Positions 8,439-17,812 of a stretch of 64,000 nucleotides of DNA are shown in pieces. The notes under the pieces were generated by a model, which was not told where the DNA came from, ran no database searches, and saw only the letters and a list, made by a program, of their open reading frames with translations. The stretch comes from Patescibacteria group bacterium. GTDB taxonomy: Bacteria; Patescibacteriota; Microgenomatia; UBA1400; PJMF01. The stretch is from positions 118,236-182,235 of the forward strand of contig JAZQJV010000018.1 of the NCBI GenBank assembly GCA_045541795.1. The letters are read 5' to 3'. The position numbers and the translations under genes are program-made. Positions within the stretch are counted from its first letter, which is position 1; every line of letters begins with the position of its first letter.

Positions 8439-9119
8439 ATGTCACAAAAAGATAATAGCAAACATTCTTGCAGAATAATCATGGCCGCATTGCTAGTGCT
8501 TCTAAGCATTGCATTGCTGCATAAATCTTTTTTTGCTGCCGCCTTCACTATCTGCTACGCATATCTCATCTCGCCACTATCAATTCAATTGGTAAGTAAA
8601 ATATGTAAGAAAGAAAATGAGAAATGGCTATATTCAACCATGACTTTTATTTTTGCTCTTTGCTGGATGACCACAATTCAAACTGGTCAGCCACAAATGG
8701 ATAATGTGTTAACGCAAAATAGTGAAAAAAACGCATCGCTAGAGAATGCGTCAACACAAAATAATGAAAAAATCGCTTCACTAGAAAAAGAGCTCCAATC
8801 AGTTAAGAACGAAAGAGATGAAATTCAAGCAAACAACCAAAAAAGAGCCATTTCAGCTGCCAAATCATATTTGGAATACAGTCCAATGTCGAGCCGAGAG
8901 TTGATTAAGCAACTCGAGTTAGAAGAATTTTCTCATGAAGACGCAGCATACGGTGTAGAGCATGCTGATATCAATTGGAACGATCAAGCATCACGGTCAG
9001 CAGTCCTCTTTATTGAGTTTGCTAATCCGTCAACCGAAGAATTAAAAAAACAACTTGAGTACGAAGGTTTCACAAGCAACGAAATAAAATTCGCCATTGA
9101 GCATAATAGTAATGGGTAA
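8439..9119 (+). CDS. Membrane-anchored protein with two C-terminal Ltp-type repeats (phage superinfection-exclusion lipoprotein family)
   Basis: The repeats AKSYLEYSPMSSRELIKQLELEEFSHEDAAYGV and ...STEELKKQLEYEGFTSNEIKFAIEH match the Ltp repeat pattern (YL..S...LI.QLEYEGF...A.YAV). An N-terminal TM segment and a coiled-coil repeat region are present. Confidence 0.55.
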   Translation: MSQKDNSKHSCRIIMAALLVLLSIALLHKSFFAAAFTICYAYLISPLSIQLVSKICKKENEKWLYSTMTFIFALCWMTTIQTGQPQMDNVLTQNSEKNASLENASTQNNEKIASLEKELQSVKNERDEIQANNQKRAISAAKSYLEYSPMSSRELIKQLELEEFSHEDAAYGVEHADINWNDQASRSAVLFIEFANPSTEELKKQLEYEGFTSNEIKFAIEHNSNG

Positions 9120-9148
9120 ATGACTCTATTGCTTCCAGTAAGGAAAGT

Positions 9149-9490
9149 ATGCCATCTACCAAAAGTTACCTTAATCACCTTCTAACTCAATTCTCGCAGT
9201 TGGATGATATTTCTTACCGCTCGATGATGGGGGAGTATATCATTTATTTCAAAGGCAAAGTAGTAGGTGGAATTTATGATGATCGATTTTTGGTCAAGAC
9301 AACAAAATCTGCACTCGCGTTGATGCCAAACACAAGCAAAGAATTACCATATCCCGGTGCGAAAGAAATGTTGTTGGTAGACGATACGGGAGACAAAGTA
9401 TTTTTACGCGAGCTGCTGACCGCGATATATGAGGAGCTGTCAGTGGTAAAGAAAAAAGAAAGCACATTAAAACGTTTATTAACGAATTGA
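9149..9490 (+). CDS. TfoX N-terminal domain protein
   Basis: MMGEYIIYFKGKVVGGIYDDRFLVK matches the TfoX_N motif (MFGGYGLY..G..FALV.DD.LYLK). Confidence 0.55.
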   Translation: MPSTKSYLNHLLTQFSQLDDISYRSMMGEYIIYFKGKVVGGIYDDRFLVKTTKSALALMPNTSKELPYPGAKEMLLVDDTGDKVFLRELLTAIYEELSVVKKKESTLKRLLTN

Positions 9491-9502
9491 CATTCATTGT
9501 CC

Positions 9503-10204
9503 TCATCTTTGACGTCTCGCTCTCTCCATATACTCTCTTTGCACCCGCATAAATAATTCCTTATCTGCCAAAAGCGTCCGGATCTCATTTAAAAAACGCT
9601 CGTACTCCGGATCAGAAAAAAAGTATTTCGCATAGCCGCCCTCACCAAATTTTTCTTTCAGGTGTTGCCAACTTCTCACAAACAATTGCTCGTCACTAAA
9701 ATCCGGATGTAAATTTTTACCATACACAAAACTTCGATACAAACAATCTTCTACGCTCGTATTTCTGTCCGCCGTGGACACAATTTTCCCGTACACGCTC
9801 CGGGGCTCGTGATTGCTTGAAGCACGATGATCTTCGATTGCCTCTTTAATCAGTTTTAATTGTTTACCGCTAAAAAAATCAGGCAAATGCTTATCCTCAC
9901 TCATCATCCGCGCAGAAATAATCTCATGCTTGGCTGGATCAATGTGATGTCCCAGATCATGATAAGCAGCCACAGTGTAGACAATGTCTAAGTTAACGTC
10001 GGTCAGTTTTTGCGCCAAGTTAATACTTCTTTCAATGACATATTTAATGTGTTTTAAATTATGAGCTGGCTCATTTTGAGCGTACTGCGGGAAAACATTT
10101 TGCTGGATGTATGTTTGTAATTTTCTATTGACGGTAGGATAAAAATTATTTTCTAACATAAACATTACTATATTATAACACGAGCAGACATTTTGAAAGC
10201 TCAA
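9503..10204 (-). CDS. HD-domain phosphohydrolase
   Basis: HD motif (TVAAYHDLGHH). Confidence 0.6.
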   Translation of the reverse strand: MSFQNVCSCYNIVMFMLENNFYPTVNRKLQTYIQQNVFPQYAQNEPAHNLKHIKYVIERSINLAQKLTDVNLDIVYTVAAYHDLGHHIDPAKHEIISARMMSEDKHLPDFFSGKQLKLIKEAIEDHRASSNHEPRSVYGKIVSTADRNTSVEDCLYRSFVYGKNLHPDFSDEQLFVRSWQHLKEKFGEGGYAKYFFSDPEYERFLNEIRTLLADKELFMRVQREYMERARRQR

Positions 10205-10269
10205 AAATATAGCGTCCAGTTTTTACAACTTTCGCTCATTTCACCTTACCGGTATGGTATAATACCCCT

Positions 10270-10695
10270 ATGCAAAAATCAAATAATCTTATTTCAATTA
10301 TTTTGTGTGTGATCGCGGTGGTGAGTCTCGCTCTCAATGTCTACTGTGTCAATCAAAAACACACTCAGCCGGCGCCATCAAGTCAACTTGCCGAGGCACA
10401 GGCGGCCTACAAACTTTACATCGTCATCCCAGATAGTGTCACTGATACAGATAATTACATCCGTGAGCTGGAAACAATACTTGCCAATCGTGTCCCCGGC
10501 TACACGATGTATCCCACTCGTGGCGGCTCGCATGAAGACGACGGCAGCATGAGTTATCAGACCACTTTGGTCTGCGAGCTTTACGGCACTGATAAACAAA
10601 CTGTCACCCAAATTGCCCATCAAGTGATGACCAGTTTTAATGTGAACAGTGTGCCGGTGGCAACTCTTAGTTCACAGTGGGAAATAATTCGTTGA
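10270..10695 (+). CDS. Hypothetical secreted or membrane-anchored protein
   Basis: N-terminal hydrophobic segment. A TGnTATAAT box ends 6 nt before the ATG, so the mRNA looks leaderless. Confidence 0.4.
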   Translation: MQKSNNLISIILCVIAVVSLALNVYCVNQKHTQPAPSSQLAEAQAAYKLYIVIPDSVTDTDNYIRELETILANRVPGYTMYPTRGGSHEDDGSMSYQTTLVCELYGTDKQTVTQIAHQVMTSFNVNSVPVATLSSQWEIIR

Positions 10696-10735
10696 CGATC
10701 ATTACTGTGTAAAACTGGTACAAAACGCTACAGGT

Positions 10736-11833
10736 ATGGTGCAAACATTGATTAGGCGCTATTGGCAAACTGCATTCGCTGTTGTCCTCGTGTGTCTGTC
10801 ACTGTGGCAGCTGAGGTCTTTGTGGACTCTTCACCAATTAGATTTTCACGTTTATTATCAAGCTGGTAAAGCTTGGCGAGATGGCGGTGATCCTTATGGC
10901 GATCTAGGTCTTGGTGAAAGTTTGACCTTCCTTTATCCCGCCCCTGCTTTGCTTATCTTTTGGCCGCTTTCATTTTTGGATCTGGAGACAGCACAAAAAG
11001 TGTGGTTGCTCATCAATCTGAGTTTGATTTTTGCCAGTGTTTATTTGTGTCTCACGCTCCATCGCACGAAAATTGCCTTAGCATCAGTAATGCTGTTTTA
11101 TGCTTTTGTCCTGCAAACATTTAGCGTCAAGTATAATCTTGGCATGGGGCAGATTAATGTTTTAGTGTTATTTTTGGTTTTATCCACCTGTCACTTGCTT
11201 TCTCGCCAGCATACAAGGTTAGCGGGTTTCTTTTTAGGGCTGGCGGGCGTCGTTAAAATCTGGCCTTTGGCCTTGTTGCCGTTTTTGTTATCTAAAAAAC
11301 AGTGGACAGTGTCTATAGTCGCCATTCTCACATTTTTGCTGCTTCAATTGCCTTGGTGGCAGACGACGGCGCGCAGTTTTGCCGCTGTCAGCGCGCACTT
11401 ACATACGGCAGGGTCAATCAGCGATGACGTCTACGACCAGTCGTTTATTGTTGCCCTTAATCGTCTGATGAATTGGTCGGGATGGAAAATAGTAGTGCCG
11501 GCCGCGATGATCGCCATTTACGCCTTTGTAAGCTATCGCTTTGGCCAATGCTTACCAATTGATGAAGTTTGCTTGTTTCTAATCATTCCCATCATTTTTG
11601 CGGCGTCGCCGGTGTACGCTCACTATCTGATTTATCTTTATCCGTGCTTATATCTATTACTCCGGCGCCATTGGCTGGCTTTGCTGTGTGCTTGGTTGTC
11701 GGTGCAAATTAAAATTGGTACGGATACAGTGTGGTATTTACGCTCGTATTATGCATGGTGGGCAGCATTGCTTTGTATTATAGCATTGGTTTATGGCGGC
11801 AGCAAAAAGAATTGGCATCGACTTCCCGTATAA
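10736..11833 (+). CDS. Polytopic membrane protein, DUF2029/GT87-like glycosyltransferase
   Basis: N-terminal DFHVYYQAG....PYGD....FLYPAPALL motif and more than 9 TM helices. Confidence 0.45.
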   Translation: MVQTLIRRYWQTAFAVVLVCLSLWQLRSLWTLHQLDFHVYYQAGKAWRDGGDPYGDLGLGESLTFLYPAPALLIFWPLSFLDLETAQKVWLLINLSLIFASVYLCLTLHRTKIALASVMLFYAFVLQTFSVKYNLGMGQINVLVLFLVLSTCHLLSRQHTRLAGFFLGLAGVVKIWPLALLPFLLSKKQWTVSIVAILTFLLLQLPWWQTTARSFAAVSAHLHTAGSISDDVYDQSFIVALNRLMNWSGWKIVVPAAMIAIYAFVSYRFGQCLPIDEVCLFLIIPIIFAASPVYAHYLIYLYPCLYLLLRRHWLALLCAWLSVQIKIGTDTVWYLRSYYAWWAALLCIIALVYGGSKKNWHRLPV

Positions 11834-12024
11834 ATTTTCTCCTGGTGTCGCGTTTCGGGTTTGTACCTAGGTAATTCCAATTTCCTTTTCGCATTTTTTA
11901 TGGTATAATCACGCATCTTACTCACTTTCACGGTCAGATCATCACGGTTTTGCTCGTGGAGGCGGGTGAAATCAGATCTTTGACAAGTGAAGTGAAATCA
12001 TACATCCTTAAAGGAGGAATTTCC

Positions 12025-14049
12025 ATGAAGTTGAAGTTTTGGGTTTTGAGTTTGGCAGCAGTGTTGTGTTTCCCCGCTCTTGCGTCTGGTGCGAGCATCG
12101 AACAGATCTTGGCTAGCATGAGTACTAGCGATAAGATCTGTCAGCTCCTGATCCCAGCCTACCGCAAGACGGCCAGTAATGACGCCACTGTCTTAAGCAG
12201 CGACGCGGCGGCACTCATCAGTCAGTATCCTTTTGGTGGTTTTATCGTTTACGGCGAAAATCTTGTCGACAATGACGCCGGCGTCCGGTTCATCCATGAC
12301 GTCCAACGTGCTAATATCAGCGCTGATACCGGCCGGCCGCAATTGCTCGTAATGACCGATCAGGAAGGAGGCCTAGTCTATAGGCTTACTCACGGCACAA
12401 GCGGCATCTCGCCGATGGCTATGGGTGCGGCTAGAGACAGCACTGCCACTCAGACGATCGCCAAAATCCTAGGCACTGAAGTGTCGGCCCTCGGCATTAA
12501 TTGTAACCTCGCTCCAGTACTCGACGTCGTCACCAATCCGCGCGGTTATATCGGCCTGCGGGGTTTCGGCATTGATCCGCAGCTGGTAGCCGATCAAGCC
12601 AGTAGCTATCTGCGCGGCCTGCGGGAGGCGGGTGTCCTAGGGGCAGTCAAACATTTCCCCGGCACAGGCAGCGCTCAGGAAAACACAGATGGGGCCAATT
12701 TGCCCGTCGTCATTAGTAAGACCCTTGAAGAGCTAGAGTCTTGCGATCTCATTCCTTTCCGCCAGGTGATCAAGCAGGGCCTGGTAGACATCGTGATGGT
12801 TTGCAATGACAGTTTTTCAAGTATAGAAACGCGCCAATTTACCGGCTCTGACGGCCAGCAATATGCCCTCCCTGCTTCAGTTTCCCCGGCGATTATCAAT
12901 GACCTGCTGCGCTGTGGGCTCGGCTTTGACGGCCTGGTGCTCACTGATGCACTCTTGGGCACAGTCATGGCCGCACAGTTTAGTGCCGTGCAAGTCTTAG
13001 AGTTGGCTTTGCAGGCAGGCGCCGACATGATGCCGTACGCTTTAGACCTCAACTCAGTCGCGAGTGTGGCGGCATTCCAGCAGGCCCTGGAGACTTTCAC
13101 TGCACGGGTGGACGCGGATCAACAATTGCAAGGTCTACTAGACACTGCTGTCAGGAGGATTTTGACGTTTAAAAGTCGCCATGAACTCCTGACTCCGTAT
13201 GCTCGCTCAGATTCTTGGGCGGCTAGTCAGGCACAGACGGTACTCCAGAATGTCAGCAACCAGGCTCATCACGACCTCCAGTGGCCGGTTGCTTTGAGTG
13301 CGGTCACGCTGGTGGAAAACCGTAATCAGGCTTTGCCGCTTAGCGGTGATGAGAGAGTGGCCATCCTCTATTATTACGCTAGTCAGGAAGCATCAGTGCA
13401 ACTTGCTCTTGACCGGCTTGTAGCTGACGGTCAGCTGACAAGCAGCCAGGCGGCAGACGTCCTTAATCTAGACGTCCACGACGAAAACTTAAGCGAACTG
13501 CTCACCGGCGTGGACACCGTAGTCATTTTAAGCTCTGTCTATTATGAATCGGAGTTGAGCCCAGATTCTCCCTCTCCTTACAGCGACGAAATCAGTATCG
13601 TGCTGCCACTCCTGTCAGAACTCGCTGGTCGTGGAGTCAAAATCATTCACGCCAGTTGTCATCTTCCTTACGACATCGGGCTGTATCTGGGGCGAGTGGA
13701 TGCCATCCTGGCTTGCTATTTGGCCAACGGGATCTCCCTTCCTATCACCACACCAGATAATCAGCCTCGTTACGGCGTTATGGTACCGGCACTCGTTTAC
13801 AAGCTTTTTGATCAGCGGGGAGATTTTTCCGCCCGACTGCCCGTAGACATTTACACTATTAATGGCGGGCAGTATCAGCTAGACGATGTCCTTTTGTCTC
13901 GCGGCTGGGGTCTGACACTGGCTGGTGACGTCATCACTGATCCGGTAGCGACTCACCAGAGCTCTAGCGGCGGCTGTAATGCTTTGTCGGGATTGTGGCT
14001 GTGGACGGGCATTCTTGTTTTCGCCTCTAGCAAAAAGTACCACTGCTGA
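12025..14049 (+). CDS. Glycoside hydrolase family 3 (beta-N-acetylhexosaminidase/beta-glucosidase-like), secreted
   Basis: KHFPGTGSAQENTDG is a GH3 motif. Signal peptide MKLKFWVLSLAAVLCFPALASGAS. A strong SD (aaggagg) sits before the ATG at about 12025. The track ORF 11950 start is probably an upstream extension. Confidence 0.7.
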   Translation: MKLKFWVLSLAAVLCFPALASGASIEQILASMSTSDKICQLLIPAYRKTASNDATVLSSDAAALISQYPFGGFIVYGENLVDNDAGVRFIHDVQRANISADTGRPQLLVMTDQEGGLVYRLTHGTSGISPMAMGAARDSTATQTIAKILGTEVSALGINCNLAPVLDVVTNPRGYIGLRGFGIDPQLVADQASSYLRGLREAGVLGAVKHFPGTGSAQENTDGANLPVVISKTLEELESCDLIPFRQVIKQGLVDIVMVCNDSFSSIETRQFTGSDGQQYALPASVSPAIINDLLRCGLGFDGLVLTDALLGTVMAAQFSAVQVLELALQAGADMMPYALDLNSVASVAAFQQALETFTARVDADQQLQGLLDTAVRRILTFKSRHELLTPYARSDSWAASQAQTVLQNVSNQAHHDLQWPVALSAVTLVENRNQALPLSGDERVAILYYYASQEASVQLALDRLVADGQLTSSQAADVLNLDVHDENLSELLTGVDTVVILSSVYYESELSPDSPSPYSDEISIVLPLLSELAGRGVKIIHASCHLPYDIGLYLGRVDAILACYLANGISLPITTPDNQPRYGVMVPALVYKLFDQRGDFSARLPVDIYTINGGQYQLDDVLLSRGWGLTLAGDVITDPVATHQSSSGGCNALSGLWLWTGILVFASSKKYHC

Positions 14050-14088
14050 TTTCACCAGTCTAGCCAAACTAGACATCTTGTCAATCGC

Positions 14089-14112
14089 GCCGCCCTGTAT
14101 AGGGCGGCTTTT
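14089..14112. terminator. Bidirectional hairpin terminator between convergent genes
   Basis: gccgccct, loop gtat, agggcggc, followed by tttt. Confidence 0.55.
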
Positions 14113-14125
14113 ACGGTGTTAATTA

Positions 14126-15766
14126 CTATTTGGCCCCAAGTTTAGCTTCACTAGTGGCTGGTTTTTGCTCCCACAAAATAAACTCTTCTCCCCGCTGCAG
14201 GATTTGATAATTACTCAGCAATGCTGCCGGGAAAAAATAACCTTCATCATCTATCGTATAAGCAGCATACTCATATTCGGGAGCGTATTCATGCTGCATC
14301 TCACTGCTACCGTAGCGTGTTACTATCAGGTCTGGTGTCCGCTTGGCTATCATTTCGATGATCTCACTAAATACTTCTGGCGCCCCGGCGCGTGATAGTG
14401 TTGGCACCATGTAGTAACGCCCAGCATTGACAGCATTTGTCCCGTGGAAAAACGTATACCAACTATACGGATACAAAGCCAAAAGTTTTGGCGCGGGCGC
14501 ATAGCTCATGATGGCCGTCATGACATCTTGTTTTTCGGCGTAGATAAAATCCCTCGTGCTCTGGTAATTACGACTCAAAACAGCTGCTGTCGCCAGCACG
14601 CAGATCACACTATAAGCGGCAAATTCTGGCAAGTGAGGTTGCAAAATTTTCTCGTCCAATACCAATATTAGCATCAGCGCCAAAATCCCCATCACCCAAA
14701 ACCAATCATAAAAATGCCCGAAAACACCGTTAAAAACGATCCCGCCAACCAACAATGAGATCAGCAACACTTTAAACTGTACCGGGCACTTTTTCAAAGT
14801 TAAAAATAGCACGCTCACGAGTAAGTACACGAGCGACCAGGTGTGATTGGCTGGCAAATTCCACATCAAAGCCAATTGCTCCATGATTTTGAGGATTTTA
14901 GCCACCAAACTACCACCGGCTTGATTACCATAAGCACGAAAGGGAAGAAGAAAATAATGATAAATCAAATCAGCCCAAGCTCCATGAACGGTATACCAGG
15001 CAGCAACCAACAAACACACGCCCAAAAAACCGCCACCAAAGCCGGCCCAGAGCCTTATTTGGTCGCCCGCGCGCCGCTTAGAAATCCAGCCTAGGTAACC
15101 CAGTGTCACCAAAAAAATCCCAATATCTGTGTACTTACACCAAAAAACAACTCCAGCTAGCAAGCCCAAAATGACACTAGCTACCAATTTAGACTTGCTA
15201 GGCAATTTGGTCCAGTTTTGCGCCAGGAGCACACATCCCAAAGTGCATGTTAAAAGCAAACTCCCGATCGAACCCAAAGCGGGTGCAATCGGCTGTGGCG
15301 GTAGACCTAGATATACCAATACTGTGGCTAAAAGCGCCAGAACCAGCCGATATTTTTCTTGTACCCGCACTGACACTAAAATTTGGTGCAGCAAAAAGAA
15401 ATTGACTAAAGCGAGACTGCATTGCACCAAAAACATCCCCCGGAAGACATCACCAGGGTAAAGCAGACCTATAAGACCCCACCAATACATCCATATCGGG
15501 CCTTTCATGTCAAAAAAGTCCCGGTGTGGGAGCTCTCCACGCCGGATAAAATCACTATAAGTAGCGTAAATGCCAAAATCATCACCCAGACCAAAAACTG
15601 ACTGCAACGGCGAGAAAGGACTGGCAAGCGTCACCACGCCTAAAATAGCAAAGCAAGTAATGAAAATACCGAAACACAGCCGAAATTTTGTGTTTTCTTG
15701 CCAATAAGTAATTAGTTTGTGCATATTTGCTATTATATCATACCAAGTATTCTTCACGCTTAGCAA
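14126..15766 (-). CDS. GT-C fold membrane glycosyltransferase-like protein
   Basis: Of 546 aa with many TM helices. The first loop contains HRDFFDMKGPIWMYWW. Confidence 0.4.
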   Translation of the reverse strand: MLSVKNTWYDIIANMHKLITYWQENTKFRLCFGIFITCFAILGVVTLASPFSPLQSVFGLGDDFGIYATYSDFIRRGELPHRDFFDMKGPIWMYWWGLIGLLYPGDVFRGMFLVQCSLALVNFFLLHQILVSVRVQEKYRLVLALLATVLVYLGLPPQPIAPALGSIGSLLLTCTLGCVLLAQNWTKLPSKSKLVASVILGLLAGVVFWCKYTDIGIFLVTLGYLGWISKRRAGDQIRLWAGFGGGFLGVCLLVAAWYTVHGAWADLIYHYFLLPFRAYGNQAGGSLVAKILKIMEQLALMWNLPANHTWSLVYLLVSVLFLTLKKCPVQFKVLLISLLVGGIVFNGVFGHFYDWFWVMGILALMLILVLDEKILQPHLPEFAAYSVICVLATAAVLSRNYQSTRDFIYAEKQDVMTAIMSYAPAPKLLALYPYSWYTFFHGTNAVNAGRYYMVPTLSRAGAPEVFSEIIEMIAKRTPDLIVTRYGSSEMQHEYAPEYEYAAYTIDDEGYFFPAALLSNYQILQRGEEFILWEQKPATSEAKLGAK

Positions 15767-15851
15767 TTAGCGCTCGCTTCAAACTACCCAAGATAGTCGC
15801 TTTCGCCCGGTTGGGTCTTGACAAATAGCGATTTTATGGTATAATAAGAAT

Positions 15852-16175
15852 ATGGGTAAGGTACAAGCACATAAAAGAGCAGAAAAAGCCAAAAGACAGG
15901 TGAATTTTCAGCTGGATAAAGTCAAGAATCCAGACATGTTTGAATTTGAAGGCATTGTGGAGGACTGTCTGCCCAATACCAGTTTCCGCCTTAGCGTCAC
16001 CAGTTCCTCGCTCGAACCGCTTGTAGGTAAAAAACTGCTGGCGACACTAGCCGGCAAAATGCGCCTCTACCGCATCCGGGTGATGCCCGGTGATCAGGTC
16101 AAAGGATATGTGTCAAAATATGATCTAACTAAGGCAAAAATCACCTATAGATCCACAAAAAAGACTTCGGCGTAA
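15852..16175 (+). CDS. infA: Translation initiation factor IF-1 with a basic N-terminal extension of about 30 aa
   Basis: ...LPNTSFRLSV...GKMRLYRIRVMPGDQVKGYVSKYDLTKAKITYR matches IF-1. A TGgTATAAT box lies immediately upstream. Confidence 0.85.
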   Translation: MGKVQAHKRAEKAKRQVNFQLDKVKNPDMFEFEGIVEDCLPNTSFRLSVTSSSLEPLVGKKLLATLAGKMRLYRIRVMPGDQVKGYVSKYDLTKAKITYRSTKKTSA

Positions 16176-16245
16176 ATTGGATGTACATTCTTGATAAATT
16201 GTGATATAATAGCGATTCTTAACAGGGAAAAAATGAGAAAGAAAA

Positions 16246-16359
16246 ATGAAAGTCAGATCGTCAGTTAAACCACTCTGCAATAAGTGTAAAGTAGTCAAGC
16301 GTCGTGGCGTCGTGCGTGTAGTCTGCACGAATCCAAAACACAAACAAAGACAAGGTTAA
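16246..16359 (+). CDS. rpmJ: Ribosomal protein L36
   Basis: Translates to [37 protein letters not shown]. It is not in the ORF track because it is shorter than 60 aa. Confidence 0.9.
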   Translation: MKVRSSVKPLCNKCKVVKRRGVVRVVCTNPKHKQRQG

Positions 16360-16367
16360 AGGTCAAT

Positions 16368-16778
16368 ATGTTGCGCATTTCAGGTGTTGATATCCCAGAA
16401 CAAAAGAAAGTGGCGTTTGCCCTCAGATACATTCATGGTGTCGGTCCTAAAGTGGCCGCAGACGTGATTCATCGCTCTAATATTGATGAAAACAAGCGCG
16501 CTCGTGATCTGACCTCAGAAGAGATCGGCCGTATCCAGACTGTATTAGAACAATATGTAATCGAGGGTGACCTCAAGCGCAAAGTAGCTGACGACATCGA
16601 CCGGCTCAAACGTATCCGTTCTTATCGCGGTTTACGGCATATCGCTGGCTTGCCGGTACGCGGACAACGTACCCGCACCAATTCTCGCTCAGTGCGCGGC
16701 AATAAGCGGACTACTATCGGTTCCATGACTAAGGAAATGGCGGCTAAACTGGAGGAAGCCAAAAATAAAAAAGGCTAA
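16368..16778 (+). CDS. rpsM: Ribosomal protein S13
   Basis: MLRISGVDIPEQKKV...IHGVG matches S13. Confidence 0.9.
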   Translation: MLRISGVDIPEQKKVAFALRYIHGVGPKVAADVIHRSNIDENKRARDLTSEEIGRIQTVLEQYVIEGDLKRKVADDIDRLKRIRSYRGLRHIAGLPVRGQRTRTNSRSVRGNKRTTIGSMTKEMAAKLEEAKNKKG

Positions 16779-16784
16779 TAGACT

Positions 16785-17186
16785 ATGAGAAAAAACCACA
16801 ATAATCGTCGTAATTTTAAGAAGAAAAGCAACAGAGTCGTTTCTAAAGGCCGGTTGTATGTGAGCGCTACCTTTAATAGTACCTTGGCCACCGTCACCGA
16901 CGAAAAAGGCAATGCGCTTTGCTGGTCATCCACTGGTGAATCTGGATTTTCTGGCGGTCGCAAATCTACACCTTTTGCCGCCACTGTCGCCGTGGAAAAC
17001 GCGCTCAATAAATCTAAGGCTTTTGGCATGAATGAAATTGATGTCTACATCAAAGGCATCGGCCCGGGGCGTGATGTCGTGCTCAATGTGCTGCGCGCCT
17101 CCAAAATGAAAGTAGGCATGATCGTGGACCGCACTCCTATTCCGCACAACGGTACTCGTTCACGCAAGGCAAAACATAATCGCTAA
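16785..17186 (+). CDS. rpsK: Ribosomal protein S11
   Basis: The C-terminal motif DRTPIPHNGTRSRKAKH and conserved operon position. Confidence 0.9.
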   Translation: MRKNHNNRRNFKKKSNRVVSKGRLYVSATFNSTLATVTDEKGNALCWSSTGESGFSGGRKSTPFAATVAVENALNKSKAFGMNEIDVYIKGIGPGRDVVLNVLRASKMKVGMIVDRTPIPHNGTRSRKAKHNR

Positions 17187-17197
17187 GGAATACTAAT

Positions 17198-17806
17198 ATG
17201 TCAAGATATACCGGACCAAAAACAAGAATTTCTCGCAAATTTAATGAAGACTTGTCGCTCAAGACAAATGCAGCTAAGACGGCACGCCGTCTCATGCAAG
17301 CTCCTGGTCAGCATGGTGCCAAAATGCGCCGCAAGCTCTCCCAGTACGGCATGCAGCTCAAAGAAAAGCAAAAAGTCAAAGCCATTTATGGTGTCAGCGA
17401 GAAGCAACTCGTACGTCTTTATAAGGAAGCTGCCAGCAAGCAGACCAATACGGGTATGACTTTGCTTTCATACTTAGAGCGCCGTCTCGATAATGTGATT
17501 TATCGCGCTGGTTTCGCTCCTACTCGTGCTGCCGCCAGACAGATAGTCAATCATGCTCACATCTGTGTCAATGGTCGTAAGCTAGATATTCCTTCATATA
17601 GAGTACAGGTGGGTGACGTGGTGACTATTGCTCCACGCTCCAATAAAATCAAAATTATCGCTGAAGCGATCAAAAATAGTGAAGTTCCTGAAATGGAATG
17701 GCTACAGGTCAAGGCTGGAGCAATCAAGATTGCTAGCTTGCCCAAGCGCGAAAACACCATGGAAAATATTGAAGAGCAGCTAATTGTGGAGTTCTATTCT
17801 CGATAG
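17198..17806 (+). CDS. rpsD: Ribosomal protein S4
   Basis: MSRYTGPKTRISRKF is the S4 N-terminus. Confidence 0.9.
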   Translation: MSRYTGPKTRISRKFNEDLSLKTNAAKTARRLMQAPGQHGAKMRRKLSQYGMQLKEKQKVKAIYGVSEKQLVRLYKEAASKQTNTGMTLLSYLERRLDNVIYRAGFAPTRAAARQIVNHAHICVNGRKLDIPSYRVQVGDVVTIAPRSNKIKIIAEAIKNSEVPEMEWLQVKAGAIKIASLPKRENTMENIEEQLIVEFYSR

Positions 17807-17812
17807 AGGGGA

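Noticed and set aside
11950-12024. Upstream extension of the GH3 ORF from 11950
   Set aside because: A strong SD (aaggagg) and a canonical signal peptide begin at the ATG near 12025, and the upstream 25 codons show no signal.
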